Source of the DNA: a virus
Lineage: Duplodnaviria; Caudoviricetes
IMG/VR virus record: IMGVR_UViG_3300033070_001371
Location: 1 to 64,000 of that record
DNA: 64,000 nt
Strand: one strand, 5' to 3'
Part shown: piece by piece, positions 9,238 through 18,981 of the stretch
Position numbering within the stretch: position 1 is the first letter of the stretch
How the letters are laid out: each line of letters begins with the position of its first letter
Notes under the pieces: model-generated
What the model was told of the DNA's origin: nothing
What the model saw: the letters and a program-made list of their open reading frames with translations, nothing else
Databases searched by the model: none
Position numbers and translations under genes: made by a program

Positions 9238-10352
9238 TGCCTACGCTGTCGGTTTCACTCGAAAACGGTCAAACGTGGAGCACGCCGTGCCAGCTCGTGG
9301 TGCGCGTCGAAGGCATCAACTTCGCTGTCCCGAACAAGGTCCTTCAAGTTAGCGTTGACGGCCAGTTGACGCTCTATGCGTGGGTGGACTACACGATTTT
9401 TCCCCAACAGGGAATTACGCAAGACACAGTGATTGGCTCCGACTACTTGCTCGCGACAATCACCATGGATGTCGCACCTCCTGCCGGCACTGTATTGGAC
9501 TTGGCCGTTACGTATAGCGACGCCGCAACACCCGAGATCACAGCCACACCTCAAGTCTGCGTAGGGAACGTTGTGGTTCTAGCGCGTAGCCCATCACCGG
9601 ATCAGCTTGACGCGCCTGTGATTGCACCGCTCGTACTTGCTGCCCGCGCCGACGCCGGGCTGGAGTTCGCCGGAGGCGCCCTCTTTCTCAACGGTACGCC
9701 AGTCAACGATGCGCAGGGCGCGTTTCTGCGCCCGGACTTCAGCGGCACCGCGACCATTGCGAACGGGGTGCTCGCCGTGAAAGTGCGCCCGCGTCGCGCC
9801 TTCGACGAAGGCGCGCCCGTCACTGTGCGCTGGGACCTGCGCGTCACGCCCGACAATGAGCGCCGTTTCCTCGCGCGACAAGAGTGGGTGTTCAACACCG
9901 CGCGCCGCGTGACGAAGTTGCTCGACCCGACGCTTCAACGTACTGCCCTGGATCTCCCTTCACCGATCGGCGTTATCGAGATCTTTCGCCAGACGGCGCT
10001 TGACGCCCTCGTTCCACAGCGCTCGACAGCGTCGTCGTCCGTGGTGTTCTACTACGTCGTGCAGCAATCGAGCCTCGCGTCGCTCGCTCCGGGGCTCCCA
10101 GGCGCCGTTGTGCTCGCGCCCGAGACCTCTCGGTTGCTACCGAGTGACATCGCGTCGCCAACTGAAGCTGCCGCCAAGTTGGCCGCTGCCGGCATCTTCT
10201 GGACGAGTTTGCTTCAAGTCCTCGTGCGCGATGCGCACGTACCGCCGCCAGTAACCGAGCTGCTCGACCGTGCGTGGAACTCAGAGTATCCAGCAGACAA
10301 GGGAGGCGCCGTCGCCGCCGCTCTGCTGTACGCCGTACAGGGTTCACTCTAA
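9237..10352 (+). CDS. Putative virion structural protein (Ig-like beta-rich N-terminus)
   Basis: TGATG coupling; beta-strand pattern; located in the tail cluster. Confidence 0.45.
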   Translation: MPTLSVSLENGQTWSTPCQLVVRVEGINFAVPNKVLQVSVDGQLTLYAWVDYTIFPQQGITQDTVIGSDYLLATITMDVAPPAGTVLDLAVTYSDAATPEITATPQVCVGNVVVLARSPSPDQLDAPVIAPLVLAARADAGLEFAGGALFLNGTPVNDAQGAFLRPDFSGTATIANGVLAVKVRPRRAFDEGAPVTVRWDLRVTPDNERRFLARQEWVFNTARRVTKLLDPTLQRTALDLPSPIGVIEIFRQTALDALVPQRSTASSSVVFYYVVQQSSLASLAPGLPGAVVLAPETSRLLPSDIASPTEAAAKLAAAGIFWTSLLQVLVRDAHVPPPVTELLDRAWNSEYPADKGGAVAAALLYAVQGSL

Positions 10353-10364
10353 GCTCAAAGGGTC

Positions 10365-13300
10365 ATGCCCTTTGACCCTAGCGCGTCGCGCTCTGGCAGC
10401 ATCTTCTCTGACGTCCCGAACTACGCGGCGGCGTGGGTCTGCTACATCAATGGCCGCGAAGTTCCGATCCTCGGGTTCGAGGTCGAGTACGGCGTCTGGC
10501 AGATCCCGACGTTCCGCATCCACTGCATCCCGGACGTGACGATTCAGCGCCTCGGTCACGAGGACCGCGTGCCGGTGCAGCTGTTCTACCTGGATGAGTG
10601 GGCTAACGACACACCGACGTTTCGGTTGCTCGTCGACGGCGAGATCGCAGGCTGGAGCTTCTCGTCGTCGTCAGGCTCGCGCGCAATCGTGTTCAGCTGC
10701 ATCGCGAACATCCACGTGTTCCAGCAGCTGTACTTCTTCTACATGACGAACGTCGACGACATCGTCGCGTCACGTTCGCCGGAAGTGCTCGCGCAGGGCT
10801 TCACTACGCCGGGGCTGCTCTACCCCTATGCGATCTTCCACCAAGGTTTGCTTACAACTGCCGCCCAGGCCGAGGAAGTAACGCCGCGCGACCAGAACCA
10901 GCAGGCCGCCTCGAACAGACTGGCCGCCAGTGATGACGCCGCATCCGATACGCAGGAATCAACTGCGACAATTCAGGCGCCATACGAGCTCGTCACCAAC
11001 GTCATCAAGGGCTGCATCTCGTCGACGGTCCCGAACGAGCGTCGCGCCGTGCCGATGATGAACTTCTTCGCGCGCTACATCCGCAAGACGCGCTTCCACA
11101 ACCGCTGGGTGCGCCTGCCGATCTTCGAGGACGCCGCGACGCTCGCGAACCGGCAGGGCGTGTTTCCGATCTTCAACGCTGCGCGCAATGACCAAGCCCT
11201 GATCGCGATGCAGCGGCAGGTCGTGTCGCAGGTCGGCAGCTCGGGCCCCGTCTGGAACCTCTTCCAGCAGGTGCTCGGGCTCGTCTACATGGACATCGCG
11301 ATGATCCCGAACCCCGCGTGCGTGCAGGTGCAGCTCGCGGCGGCGGGACCGAACCAGCCCGAGGAGGGCAAGATCCTCCGGCTGCTCGCCGACAACGCCG
11401 CGACCGTGACGACGCGGCGAGGAGTGAACCCGCAGCAGCTGCGTGACCGCGCCGGGCAGATCGCCAACGACCTGCGACGCGGGCTCCAGTCGCAGGTCGA
11501 GACCGGACCGAACCTGCCGCTCGACCCCGCGCTGCTTCAGGAAGCGGGCCTTGCGTCGACGCCGGCCAACGCGGCGGCGATCGACGAGGAGCAGATCTTT
11601 CAGACACTGCTCCGACGCGCAAACGAAACTGCCGCACGCAACGGCGACACCGACCGCACGACGATCAACCCCCAAGAGCCGATCCGGCTGGCGCAATACG
11701 CCGTAAAGCCCCAGTTCCTGTTCGGTGAAGTTCCAGCCTGCAACGTCATCATGCCGTCGATGATCGACTCGTGGACCTACGACGAGTCGTACATCAATCA
11801 ACCGACGCGCATCTACATCAACGACAGTGTTATGACGCGGCTGCTGCGCGCGCAGGGCAACAACCGGGAGTTCATGCTCCACGCACTCACCGTCGGTTTC
11901 CCCGAGGAGGCTGACGCGCTGATGCACCACCGCGTCGCGTCGAGCGCCAACGAGGGCGCGGGCGGCGCGCCCGGCGCGACCGAGTCAGGCCGAAACTTGC
12001 TGCTCTGGCCAGAGGAGTACTACAAGGGGCCGGTCACCGCGCGCGCGGCGCTGCCTGCGTGGTTCCAGATGCTTCGGCAGTTTGCCAACAGCCAGGGCAC
12101 TGGAGACGATCCGACTCCGAATTCACCGATGAGTGGGCAAGCCGCGCAGACGCCAGCGAACAACGTGCCCATCACGACGCGCACGGTTGAGATCCCGCGC
12201 TCTACGACGTACGCCAACAACGCCAACGACAATACGACGCCGGCTGCACCGGTGATCGACCAGACGCAACCTACCTACGCGCGCCGCGTGCCGTTTGGGC
12301 GTACCGAGCGTGTTTCGCTCAACGGCGCACTCGCGCCGCGCTTCTGGCTACGCACCGGTGGCGGCCTGGACCCGGCGAACTATGTGCCCGCACAGCAGAC
12401 CGCTCTTTGGCCGTTGCCTCCGCCTCGCACGACCAACCGGCGCGGGCGACAGGCTCAAGTGCAAGCTCCAACGCAGCGTCGTTCAACAGTACAGAAGATG
12501 GCTCAAATGATGCGCCTCCTTCTGCCTCTCTGTCGGCAGGCGTTCAGCGGCCTCACCGAGGACCAGCTCATCGCCGTGACGTTCGCGGTGTACTGGGTGT
12601 CTTTCAACGAGCAAGGAGTCACAGGCTACGTCTCGTGGGCGCTCGGAAACCAAAAACAGTACGACTCCTCTCCTGTTGGACATTGGACCGTTAGTCCATG
12701 GGATCGACAACCCTACGTGGCCGCTACTACGCCCCAAGAAGGCGCACAGCGCCATGTGAACTGGCTCGTACTTAACCAGCAGATGGCCCTTCGCGCCTTG
12801 CTTACGGGGCGCGGCAGTGCAGAGTTCAACGCGTACGTGGCTTCACGCGGATACACGGCCAACGCGTTCTGGCAAAACTTCTCGCCTATCCGCCCGGACC
12901 TCTACTACATCGCGCTCGGCTATGGCGGTTATTACGGCACCGAGAACGTCAGCGACCCCGAGCGCCGAGGCGACATCGGCTTCGCGCGAACGCGCTCGCA
13001 GGCGTCGTTCTTCACGCGCATCCGTGCGCTCTTCCAGAACAACACGATCCCAGAGGACGTGGTATCGGTGCGCCCCTACGTAGGCGCGGTCTACCGCCCC
13101 TTGTTTCGCGAAGAGGATCGTCCGCTGCTCAACTGGGGGCGTCCACGCGCGCAGGAGACTGTGGTGTCTCGCCGTATCCCGCGTGTTGCGGCCAGCGGGC
13201 AGACGGCGCTGCCGGGTACGGCCAACGCAAGCGCGAACCAACCCAACCGCGATGCTTCGTCCGGCGCTACCGCGCAACAGACCGTGCAGGGCGCGCAGGA

Positions 13301-14504
13301 CCCGACGACTACGAACGCACAAGAGGCCACTGAAGGAGATCAGTTCGCACGGCTCTTCCGCCTCTACGCGCAGTACGAGTACCTCAAGCAGCGCTATTCA
13401 CAGCGAAACGCGGGTGCGAATCTACGCTTCAACCCGTACCTTGTGCCGGGCTTTCCGGCGATGCTCTTCGATTCTATGCGCACGCGCATGCACTGCGTGG
13501 GCTACCTCCAGAACCTCTCGCACGCAGGTTTCGCGTCGACGGGAGGTGTCTCGATGTCGACGACGGCGCGCTTGTCGTTTTGCCGCACGATCCACGAATT
13601 CATCAACGACGTGCGCAACGACGCCAACCGCTTCGCTGGCCGCGTGACTTCGGCTCCCGCTGAGATCATCGACGAGATCCGCGTCATCATCCAGGATGAA
13701 AACCGCGCCGAGGAGTTCTACCAGCGCTTCTTCTACGGCGGAGCGCGACCGAATCGCGTACCTGCCGTCTTCCGTTGGGACCGGGCGCTGGGCTACGCAC
13801 GGGGACTCGACGTCGAAGAGATCTCAATCATCGGGGAACCCGTCGAAACGACGGTCGCGCGCCAGCAGCGCGCCGATGCTGCCGTGCGCGCGCAGGTCAA
13901 CGAGGAGAGCACGGTCGGCGCAGAGAACACTCAGCCGAACCCTGCGTCGGCGAACACTTCGGCGCAGGCTGGCGGCGTCGCGTCCGAGGGACAACAGACC
14001 GTCCGACACAATCTCGACCCGAACGAGGAGCTCGCACCCAACCCGCGCACTGTTTACGCCGACGCCTTCGACAACTACCACGTCGCGATGCAGCTCGCGT
14101 CACGCCCGGTGTGCACGCTGGAGCAGTACATCCGCTTCTGGCACGGAGGCCGAACCATCAACGACCTGCTAGCCACGGGCGACGTAGAGACGCCGAACCT
14201 CGACTTCGCGTACTACACCGAGCAGGTCAACGACGTGGTGGCTTCAGGTCGCGCCGGCACGGAGGTTCGCGCTACGACGAGCCGCTCGACGGCCGTTTAC
14301 TACGAGCGCATCTTTCGCCTGCGTCCTGGTCCAGGGCCCGAAGCGACGGCTGAACAACGCGGCTACACGGACCCGCCGAATGTGCAACCGAGTTCGACAA
14401 CGGCGGGTGTACCGGCCAACTACCCCCAGACGCGCGCGGACTGGGACAGCGTGCTTGTCTTGTACGTGCAGAAGGTCCGGCGCCTGCTCAGCCCGGGGAC
14501 GTAA
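10365..14504 (+). CDS. Baseplate hub or tail-associated lysin with an internal GH73-like muramidase domain
   Basis: Hub-like N-terminus (WVCYINGREVP...LVDGEI) and C-terminus (LRFNPYLVPGFP...VGYLQNLSH); central NEQG...WALGNQK...TPQEGAQRHVNWL...GYGGYY segment. Confidence 0.6.
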   Translation: MPFDPSASRSGSIFSDVPNYAAAWVCYINGREVPILGFEVEYGVWQIPTFRIHCIPDVTIQRLGHEDRVPVQLFYLDEWANDTPTFRLLVDGEIAGWSFSSSSGSRAIVFSCIANIHVFQQLYFFYMTNVDDIVASRSPEVLAQGFTTPGLLYPYAIFHQGLLTTAAQAEEVTPRDQNQQAASNRLAASDDAASDTQESTATIQAPYELVTNVIKGCISSTVPNERRAVPMMNFFARYIRKTRFHNRWVRLPIFEDAATLANRQGVFPIFNAARNDQALIAMQRQVVSQVGSSGPVWNLFQQVLGLVYMDIAMIPNPACVQVQLAAAGPNQPEEGKILRLLADNAATVTTRRGVNPQQLRDRAGQIANDLRRGLQSQVETGPNLPLDPALLQEAGLASTPANAAAIDEEQIFQTLLRRANETAARNGDTDRTTINPQEPIRLAQYAVKPQFLFGEVPACNVIMPSMIDSWTYDESYINQPTRIYINDSVMTRLLRAQGNNREFMLHALTVGFPEEADALMHHRVASSANEGAGGAPGATESGRNLLLWPEEYYKGPVTARAALPAWFQMLRQFANSQGTGDDPTPNSPMSGQAAQTPANNVPITTRTVEIPRSTTYANNANDNTTPAAPVIDQTQPTYARRVPFGRTERVSLNGALAPRFWLRTGGGLDPANYVPAQQTALWPLPPPRTTNRRGRQAQVQAPTQRRSTVQKMAQMMRLLLPLCRQAFSGLTEDQLIAVTFAVYWVSFNEQGVTGYVSWALGNQKQYDSSPVGHWTVSPWDRQPYVAATTPQEGAQRHVNWLVLNQQMALRALLTGRGSAEFNAYVASRGYTANAFWQNFSPIRPDLYYIALGYGGYYGTENVSDPERRGDIGFARTRSQASFFTRIRALFQNNTIPEDVVSVRPYVGAVYRPLFREEDRPLLNWGRPRAQETVVSRRIPRVAASGQTALPGTANASANQPNRDASSGATAQQTVQGAQDPTTTNAQEATEGDQFARLFRLYAQYEYLKQRYSQRNAGANLRFNPYLVPGFPAMLFDSMRTRMHCVGYLQNLSHAGFASTGGVSMSTTARLSFCRTIHEFINDVRNDANRFAGRVTSAPAEIIDEIRVIIQDENRAEEFYQRFFYGGARPNRVPAVFRWDRALGYARGLDVEEISIIGEPVETTVARQQRADAAVRAQVNEESTVGAENTQPNPASANTSAQAGGVASEGQQTVRHNLDPNEELAPNPRTVYADAFDNYHVAMQLASRPVCTLEQYIRFWHGGRTINDLLATGDVETPNLDFAYYTEQVNDVVASGRAGTEVRATTSRSTAVYYERIFRLRPGPGPEATAEQRGYTDPPNVQPSSTTAGVPANYPQTRADWDSVLVLYVQKVRRLLSPGT

Positions 14505-14513
14505 GCTACTCCC
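14502..14513 (+). promoter_or_regulatory. Putative -10 box (TAAGCT), leaderless
   Basis: TAAGCT, then 6 nt, then ATG at 14514; the TAA is the upstream stop codon. Confidence 0.55.
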
Positions 14514-15212
14514 ATGGACGACACGAAGAGCCGCGACCTGGAGCTGTGGCGCCAGTGGAAGAACACGCAGTCGCAGGCTGATCTCGACGCGCTGATCAAG
14601 CAGATGTGGCCAGTGATTCGCCGCGAGACTGCGCGGTGGGCGGCGATCATGTCGCCGGCGATGCTCGACAACGAGGCAAAGCTCCTGGCGATCAAGGCGT
14701 TCCAGACCTACAACCCGACCGTCGGCGCTGCGCTCTCGACGCATCTAACCAATCAACTCCAGAAGCTCTCGCGCACGGCGTACGCACGGCAGTCTACGCT
14801 GGGCGTGCCCGAGCAGAAGCGGCTGCTCTTCAACAACTACAACCGCGCATTCCGCCAGCTCGAAGACCTCCACGGACGGCCGCCGACACTCGACGCTATC
14901 GCCGACCACATGCGGCTGCCTCCCGCGAAGCTGCGCGAGGTCGTCGACGTAGTCGGCAAGAAAGAGTTCATGGAGTCAGGTGACGGACCTGCGTTCGTTC
15001 AGTTCATGGACGACCCGGAAGTCGTGCACCTCGCCTACCACGACATGACGCCGGTCCAGAAGAAGATCTTCGAGATGCGAACGGGCTACGGAGGTAACGC
15101 CGTAAAGAGTGGCGCGGGAATCATGCACGCCACCGGCCTCACGCAGGGACAGCTCTCTTACCAGCTCAACCAGATCAAGGCGTTGCTGGAACGGGCGCAG
15201 CGGTTACGCTAA
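14514..15212 (+). CDS. Phage sigma-70-family factor (FliA/SigF-like, divergent)
   Basis: Region 2 (LIKQMWPVIRRETARW...AIKAFQTYNPTVGAALSTHL), region 3 HTH (GRPPTLDAIADHM) and a region 4-like C-terminus. Confidence 0.75.
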   Translation: MDDTKSRDLELWRQWKNTQSQADLDALIKQMWPVIRRETARWAAIMSPAMLDNEAKLLAIKAFQTYNPTVGAALSTHLTNQLQKLSRTAYARQSTLGVPEQKRLLFNNYNRAFRQLEDLHGRPPTLDAIADHMRLPPAKLREVVDVVGKKEFMESGDGPAFVQFMDDPEVVHLAYHDMTPVQKKIFEMRTGYGGNAVKSGAGIMHATGLTQGQLSYQLNQIKALLERAQRLR

Positions 15213-15215
15213 GGC

Positions 15216-16463
15216 ATGACCACGCCCGCCGAGGTGTTGAGCGGCGCCCTCACGCGTCTCGCCAACGACCGCCGTCGTCGCATTACTCAGTACGCCAATC
15301 TCGCTCCGCGCCCCGGCACCAGCGTTGTGCCGCAGCGCCTGCTTAGCGATGTAGGCTTTCTGGAAGCGATTCAGTTCAGCTACGTCAACGCAGACCCTGC
15401 GCACGTCACACCTCCCGACGACGACGAGCCGCGCGACGTGCGACAGATCGTACTGTGCGCATACGGCCTTCAACTCGACGCCGCGCGCTTCGCGTCGCGT
15501 GGCGCTGTCGTGCGCACTGCGCGCGGACCCGGCACGCCGGGCCTCGCGCCATTCCCTGAACTTCCTGATGTGCTCGTTTCGGCTGCGCTCACGGCGGAAA
15601 CGTACTCCGCGCAGAAGAACGACGTCGTCCGACGCAACATGACGCAGCGGCGGAACGGACCTGCGTACCACTTCTTGATCGACCGCAGCGGGGGCATCGC
15701 TGTCGGACCTGCGCTGGACTACCGGACGAGCGCTGTACCCGCGCGCAGCGAGCACGGCCTGTTCGTCGGCCTCGAAGGCGCGCTCGGGCTCACTCGGACG
15801 GACTTCACGGCGGGGCGCACGACGGCGTACTTCGAGCTGCCATACACGAGCCTCCAGTTGCTCACGCTGTCGATCCTGCTGGCGAAGCTCTTTACGGCGT
15901 ATCCGTCCGTGCCGCGCACGGTGAGCGAGCCAACCAACAGTACGACGCCGGCCCTGGTCTATACAGCGTCCACGCTTACCGGAGAGTTGACGCACCGCAA
16001 CTTCTCGAACCGCGCGTGGCGCAACGTCGAAGCCAATGGATTCGATTACGGCGGGACCGACGACGCGACGCTCTCCGCCGCCATCACGGCCGAAGGTAGT
16101 TTCGACCTCGCGACCGAGATCTTTCGTCCTGTGCAGGCTCCGCGCGCCGTCGCAGCTCGCGATGTGGCGCGCACCGCGATCGGGACCGTAGATACCGCTG
16201 GCGCACAATCTCTCTTCCTCGGCGCATACGCGTCGATCGCCGCACCTGAGCGTGCTAACGACATGGAGACGCAGACGCGCCGCCAGATCTTTGTCGAACG
16301 CCTACGCGTGACGCACACCGAAGCTGACGACTCCGGGTCGCAGGCTGCTGAAACAGCGGAAGGAGGAGCCACCCTCACGCCTGTGCAGCCGACGGTCACC
16401 AACGCCGATCCACACACGTACAATTACACCACTGGCCTGTGGGGCGACGGAGAGGTGTACTGA
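15216..16463 (+). CDS. Amidase_2/PGRP-fold protein, probably catalytically degenerate
   Basis: RQIVLC, AYHFLIDRSGGI, GLFVGLEG, YTSLQLLTLSILL and THRNF follow the amidase motif order. Confidence 0.6.
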   Translation: MTTPAEVLSGALTRLANDRRRRITQYANLAPRPGTSVVPQRLLSDVGFLEAIQFSYVNADPAHVTPPDDDEPRDVRQIVLCAYGLQLDAARFASRGAVVRTARGPGTPGLAPFPELPDVLVSAALTAETYSAQKNDVVRRNMTQRRNGPAYHFLIDRSGGIAVGPALDYRTSAVPARSEHGLFVGLEGALGLTRTDFTAGRTTAYFELPYTSLQLLTLSILLAKLFTAYPSVPRTVSEPTNSTTPALVYTASTLTGELTHRNFSNRAWRNVEANGFDYGGTDDATLSAAITAEGSFDLATEIFRPVQAPRAVAARDVARTAIGTVDTAGAQSLFLGAYASIAAPERANDMETQTRRQIFVERLRVTHTEADDSGSQAAETAEGGATLTPVQPTVTNADPHTYNYTTGLWGDGEVY

Positions 16464-16909
16464 TGGCGAAAGATCTGCACATCCAGCTGATTGACCCCGC
16501 CGAACAACGCTACGGCGCGAACTTCACCTTCGGCTTCAAAAATCCGATCCGCGTTGAGGGTCTTCAGAAGCTCGCCAACCAGTGGCTCAAGCTGTTCCTG
16601 ACACCCAAGGGTACACATCCGTGGCGGCGCCTTGAAGGTACGAACTTCGCGTACCTCGTCGGAGGCAACGTCGACGACGTGGACGCAATTCAGACTTCCG
16701 TGCTGGAGTACATCGAAGACGCTACGACGCAGCTCAAGGCGATGCAGGGTCGGCAGATTGCGCTGCCCGACAGTGAGCGCTTGTTGACGGTCAACTTGCT
16801 CCAGTTCACGCAGGTCGAGACGCTCTCGTTCGACATTTGGGTGCGCGTCGTCAACGTGGCGCGCAGCACCCTCCCAGTTCTCATCCCGTACGCCAAGACG
16901 GAAGGCTGA
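16463..16909 (+). CDS. Baseplate wedge subunit, gp25/W-like
   Basis: The ATG overlaps the upstream TGA; GLQKLANQWLKLFLTPKGTHP...EGT motif; precedes the J-like gene. Confidence 0.7.
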   Translation: MAKDLHIQLIDPAEQRYGANFTFGFKNPIRVEGLQKLANQWLKLFLTPKGTHPWRRLEGTNFAYLVGGNVDDVDAIQTSVLEYIEDATTQLKAMQGRQIALPDSERLLTVNLLQFTQVETLSFDIWVRVVNVARSTLPVLIPYAKTEG

Positions 16910-16910
16910 C

Positions 16911-18980
16911 ATGACGACGGACTTCGACATCAACGAACGGGACGTCGAGGAGAGCGCAACGCTACTCCGCGACGTGCTCACTACGCGCAGCCAACAACGC
17001 GGCACCGACAACGACTACAGCGAAGGCTCCGTGCTCGGCGGCACGCTGGTCGACGGCCACGCCACGGCGTTCGCGCTGCTGCGCAATCAGGCTCGCGCCA
17101 TCAAGAACCGCCTTTCGCTCCGCGACATCCATAAGCTCCCCGACGCAGAGAGCGTGCGCGACGCGGCCGATGCGATTCTGTCGAACTTCTACCGGACGCG
17201 CGACCCCGGGCGCTTCGCCAAGGGCGCCGCGACGCTGCACTTCACGCAGCGCGTCGACTCGCTGATTCCGCGTCGCACACGTTTCTTCAAGACGACGCAG
17301 CTCGTGTTCTACATCGACAGCGACGCCGACATCCTCGTCAGCGCCAACGACCTGCGCCCGAACATCGACGCCAACGGCCGCGTCATCGACTACGTGATCC
17401 AGGTGAACCTGACGGCGGCGCGCGTCGGTACGGCGTACAACCAGCCGGCTGGGCGCTTCATCGCCGTCGACCCGTTCAGTCCGTTCTTCAGTTTCGCGGA
17501 GAATGTCGCAGCGTTCGTTTTCGGCGACGACCTCCAATCAACTGCGACTTTCATCGCGACAAGCGAGAATGCGCTCTCTCTGCGTGCGATCGTTAACGCA
17601 CGCTCGAACGATTCACTCCTGCGCGGAGAGCTGTTCCTTGAGATCCAGACGCTGCTGACGGTGAACTACGGTGACCCGGAGATGCAGCGCGACATCGCGA
17701 GTGACCCTGCGACGGGCGTTGAGCTACACGTTGGAGGGCACGCAGACCTGTACGTACGGCTTCAGACTCAGGAGATTGTCGAACGCGTGGTCGTGCAAGA
17801 GCTCACGCCTCGGCCCGACGGGCTCGTCACGATCTTGCGCGATCCTGCGCCTCCATCTGGTTCGTTTCTGGCGGCGGGCGTCGTGCCGGGCGATGTCCTC
17901 GTACTGGTCTCTGGGACGCCCAATGCCCCGTTCCAGTACGTCGTGCGCGCTGTGCGCGCCAACGAGCTGGAGATCTCCGCGCGCGTGCCGTTCGAGATTG
18001 CAACCGACGAACAGACGCCGGTGCCGGCGATCGAGTACACCGTCGGCAACAACTACCCGGCGTTCGACAACAAGGGCACCAATGGCCCGCTCAACACGAT
18101 CACTACTTCGCGCAGCATCGCAGAGTTCAACCGGGCGATGTTGCCCGGTGCGCCGGTGTACCGCGTAAAGCAGATCGAAGTACTCAACGCTCCACCGCAG
18201 CTCGACCCGTACCGGGACCCTGTCACTGGGAACGTCACGTTCACCGACCGGCTCAATACGGCAGTCGTCGGTGTGCCTACCCCTGGTACGACGCTCGGCT
18301 ACCGCGTCGTCTGCAAGAATCCTGTGGAGGCTCAATCACAGCGCGCTGTGACGCTCGTTGAGGTCGGCTGGCCTGCGTTCAACTTCGTGGGCCTCACGCT
18401 GGAGGTCACGTACGAAACCGTCGTCGGATTCTCGCCGATCGCCGATTACGTCAAAGATGACTTCAATCGCACGCTCGGCGCCAACCCGCTTGTACGCGCG
18501 TTTCACCCGATCTACTTGTCGTTCTCTTTGCCCTATCGGGCGCGCATCATCCCACGCAACACGCTGGACGTGTTCAACGCAGCTGGCACGCTCATTGTTG
18601 ACACCGTCGCTGTCCAACAGGCGATCGTGAATTACATCCTTGCGACACCGTTCGGCACGCGCCCGGACGCGGGCGGCATCGGGCAGGCGGCGAAGGACGC
18701 GGACGGCAACATCGTGGCGACGTACCCGTTCACGATCAACTACGCGCTGCTGGCGCCCGACGGGCGCGTCTACCGGTTTGCGACCGACGACATCGTCTCG
18801 GTCGTGCCGGACGGCGTGACCAGCTCGGCGCGGTTGCTCAACCCCGAGGACTTCGGCCTGCCCGCGACGGGCTACTACGCCGCGCTGGCCCGCCAGCTCG
18901 CGCGGCAGGGCGTCAGCGACCGCACCGTGCGGTACCTCGCGGTCGCGGACGAGGTAGCGTTGGAGCAGCGAGGCGTCTGA
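16911..18980 (+). CDS. Baseplate wedge subunit, J/gp6-like
   Basis: DYSEGSVLG...RDPGRFAKGAATLHF...AARVGTAYN...GGHADLYV; position after the gp25-like gene. Confidence 0.7.
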   Translation: MTTDFDINERDVEESATLLRDVLTTRSQQRGTDNDYSEGSVLGGTLVDGHATAFALLRNQARAIKNRLSLRDIHKLPDAESVRDAADAILSNFYRTRDPGRFAKGAATLHFTQRVDSLIPRRTRFFKTTQLVFYIDSDADILVSANDLRPNIDANGRVIDYVIQVNLTAARVGTAYNQPAGRFIAVDPFSPFFSFAENVAAFVFGDDLQSTATFIATSENALSLRAIVNARSNDSLLRGELFLEIQTLLTVNYGDPEMQRDIASDPATGVELHVGGHADLYVRLQTQEIVERVVVQELTPRPDGLVTILRDPAPPSGSFLAAGVVPGDVLVLVSGTPNAPFQYVVRAVRANELEISARVPFEIATDEQTPVPAIEYTVGNNYPAFDNKGTNGPLNTITTSRSIAEFNRAMLPGAPVYRVKQIEVLNAPPQLDPYRDPVTGNVTFTDRLNTAVVGVPTPGTTLGYRVVCKNPVEAQSQRAVTLVEVGWPAFNFVGLTLEVTYETVVGFSPIADYVKDDFNRTLGANPLVRAFHPIYLSFSLPYRARIIPRNTLDVFNAAGTLIVDTVAVQQAIVNYILATPFGTRPDAGGIGQAAKDADGNIVATYPFTINYALLAPDGRVYRFATDDIVSVVPDGVTSSARLLNPEDFGLPATGYYAALARQLARQGVSDRTVRYLAVADEVALEQRGV

Positions 18981-18981
18981 C

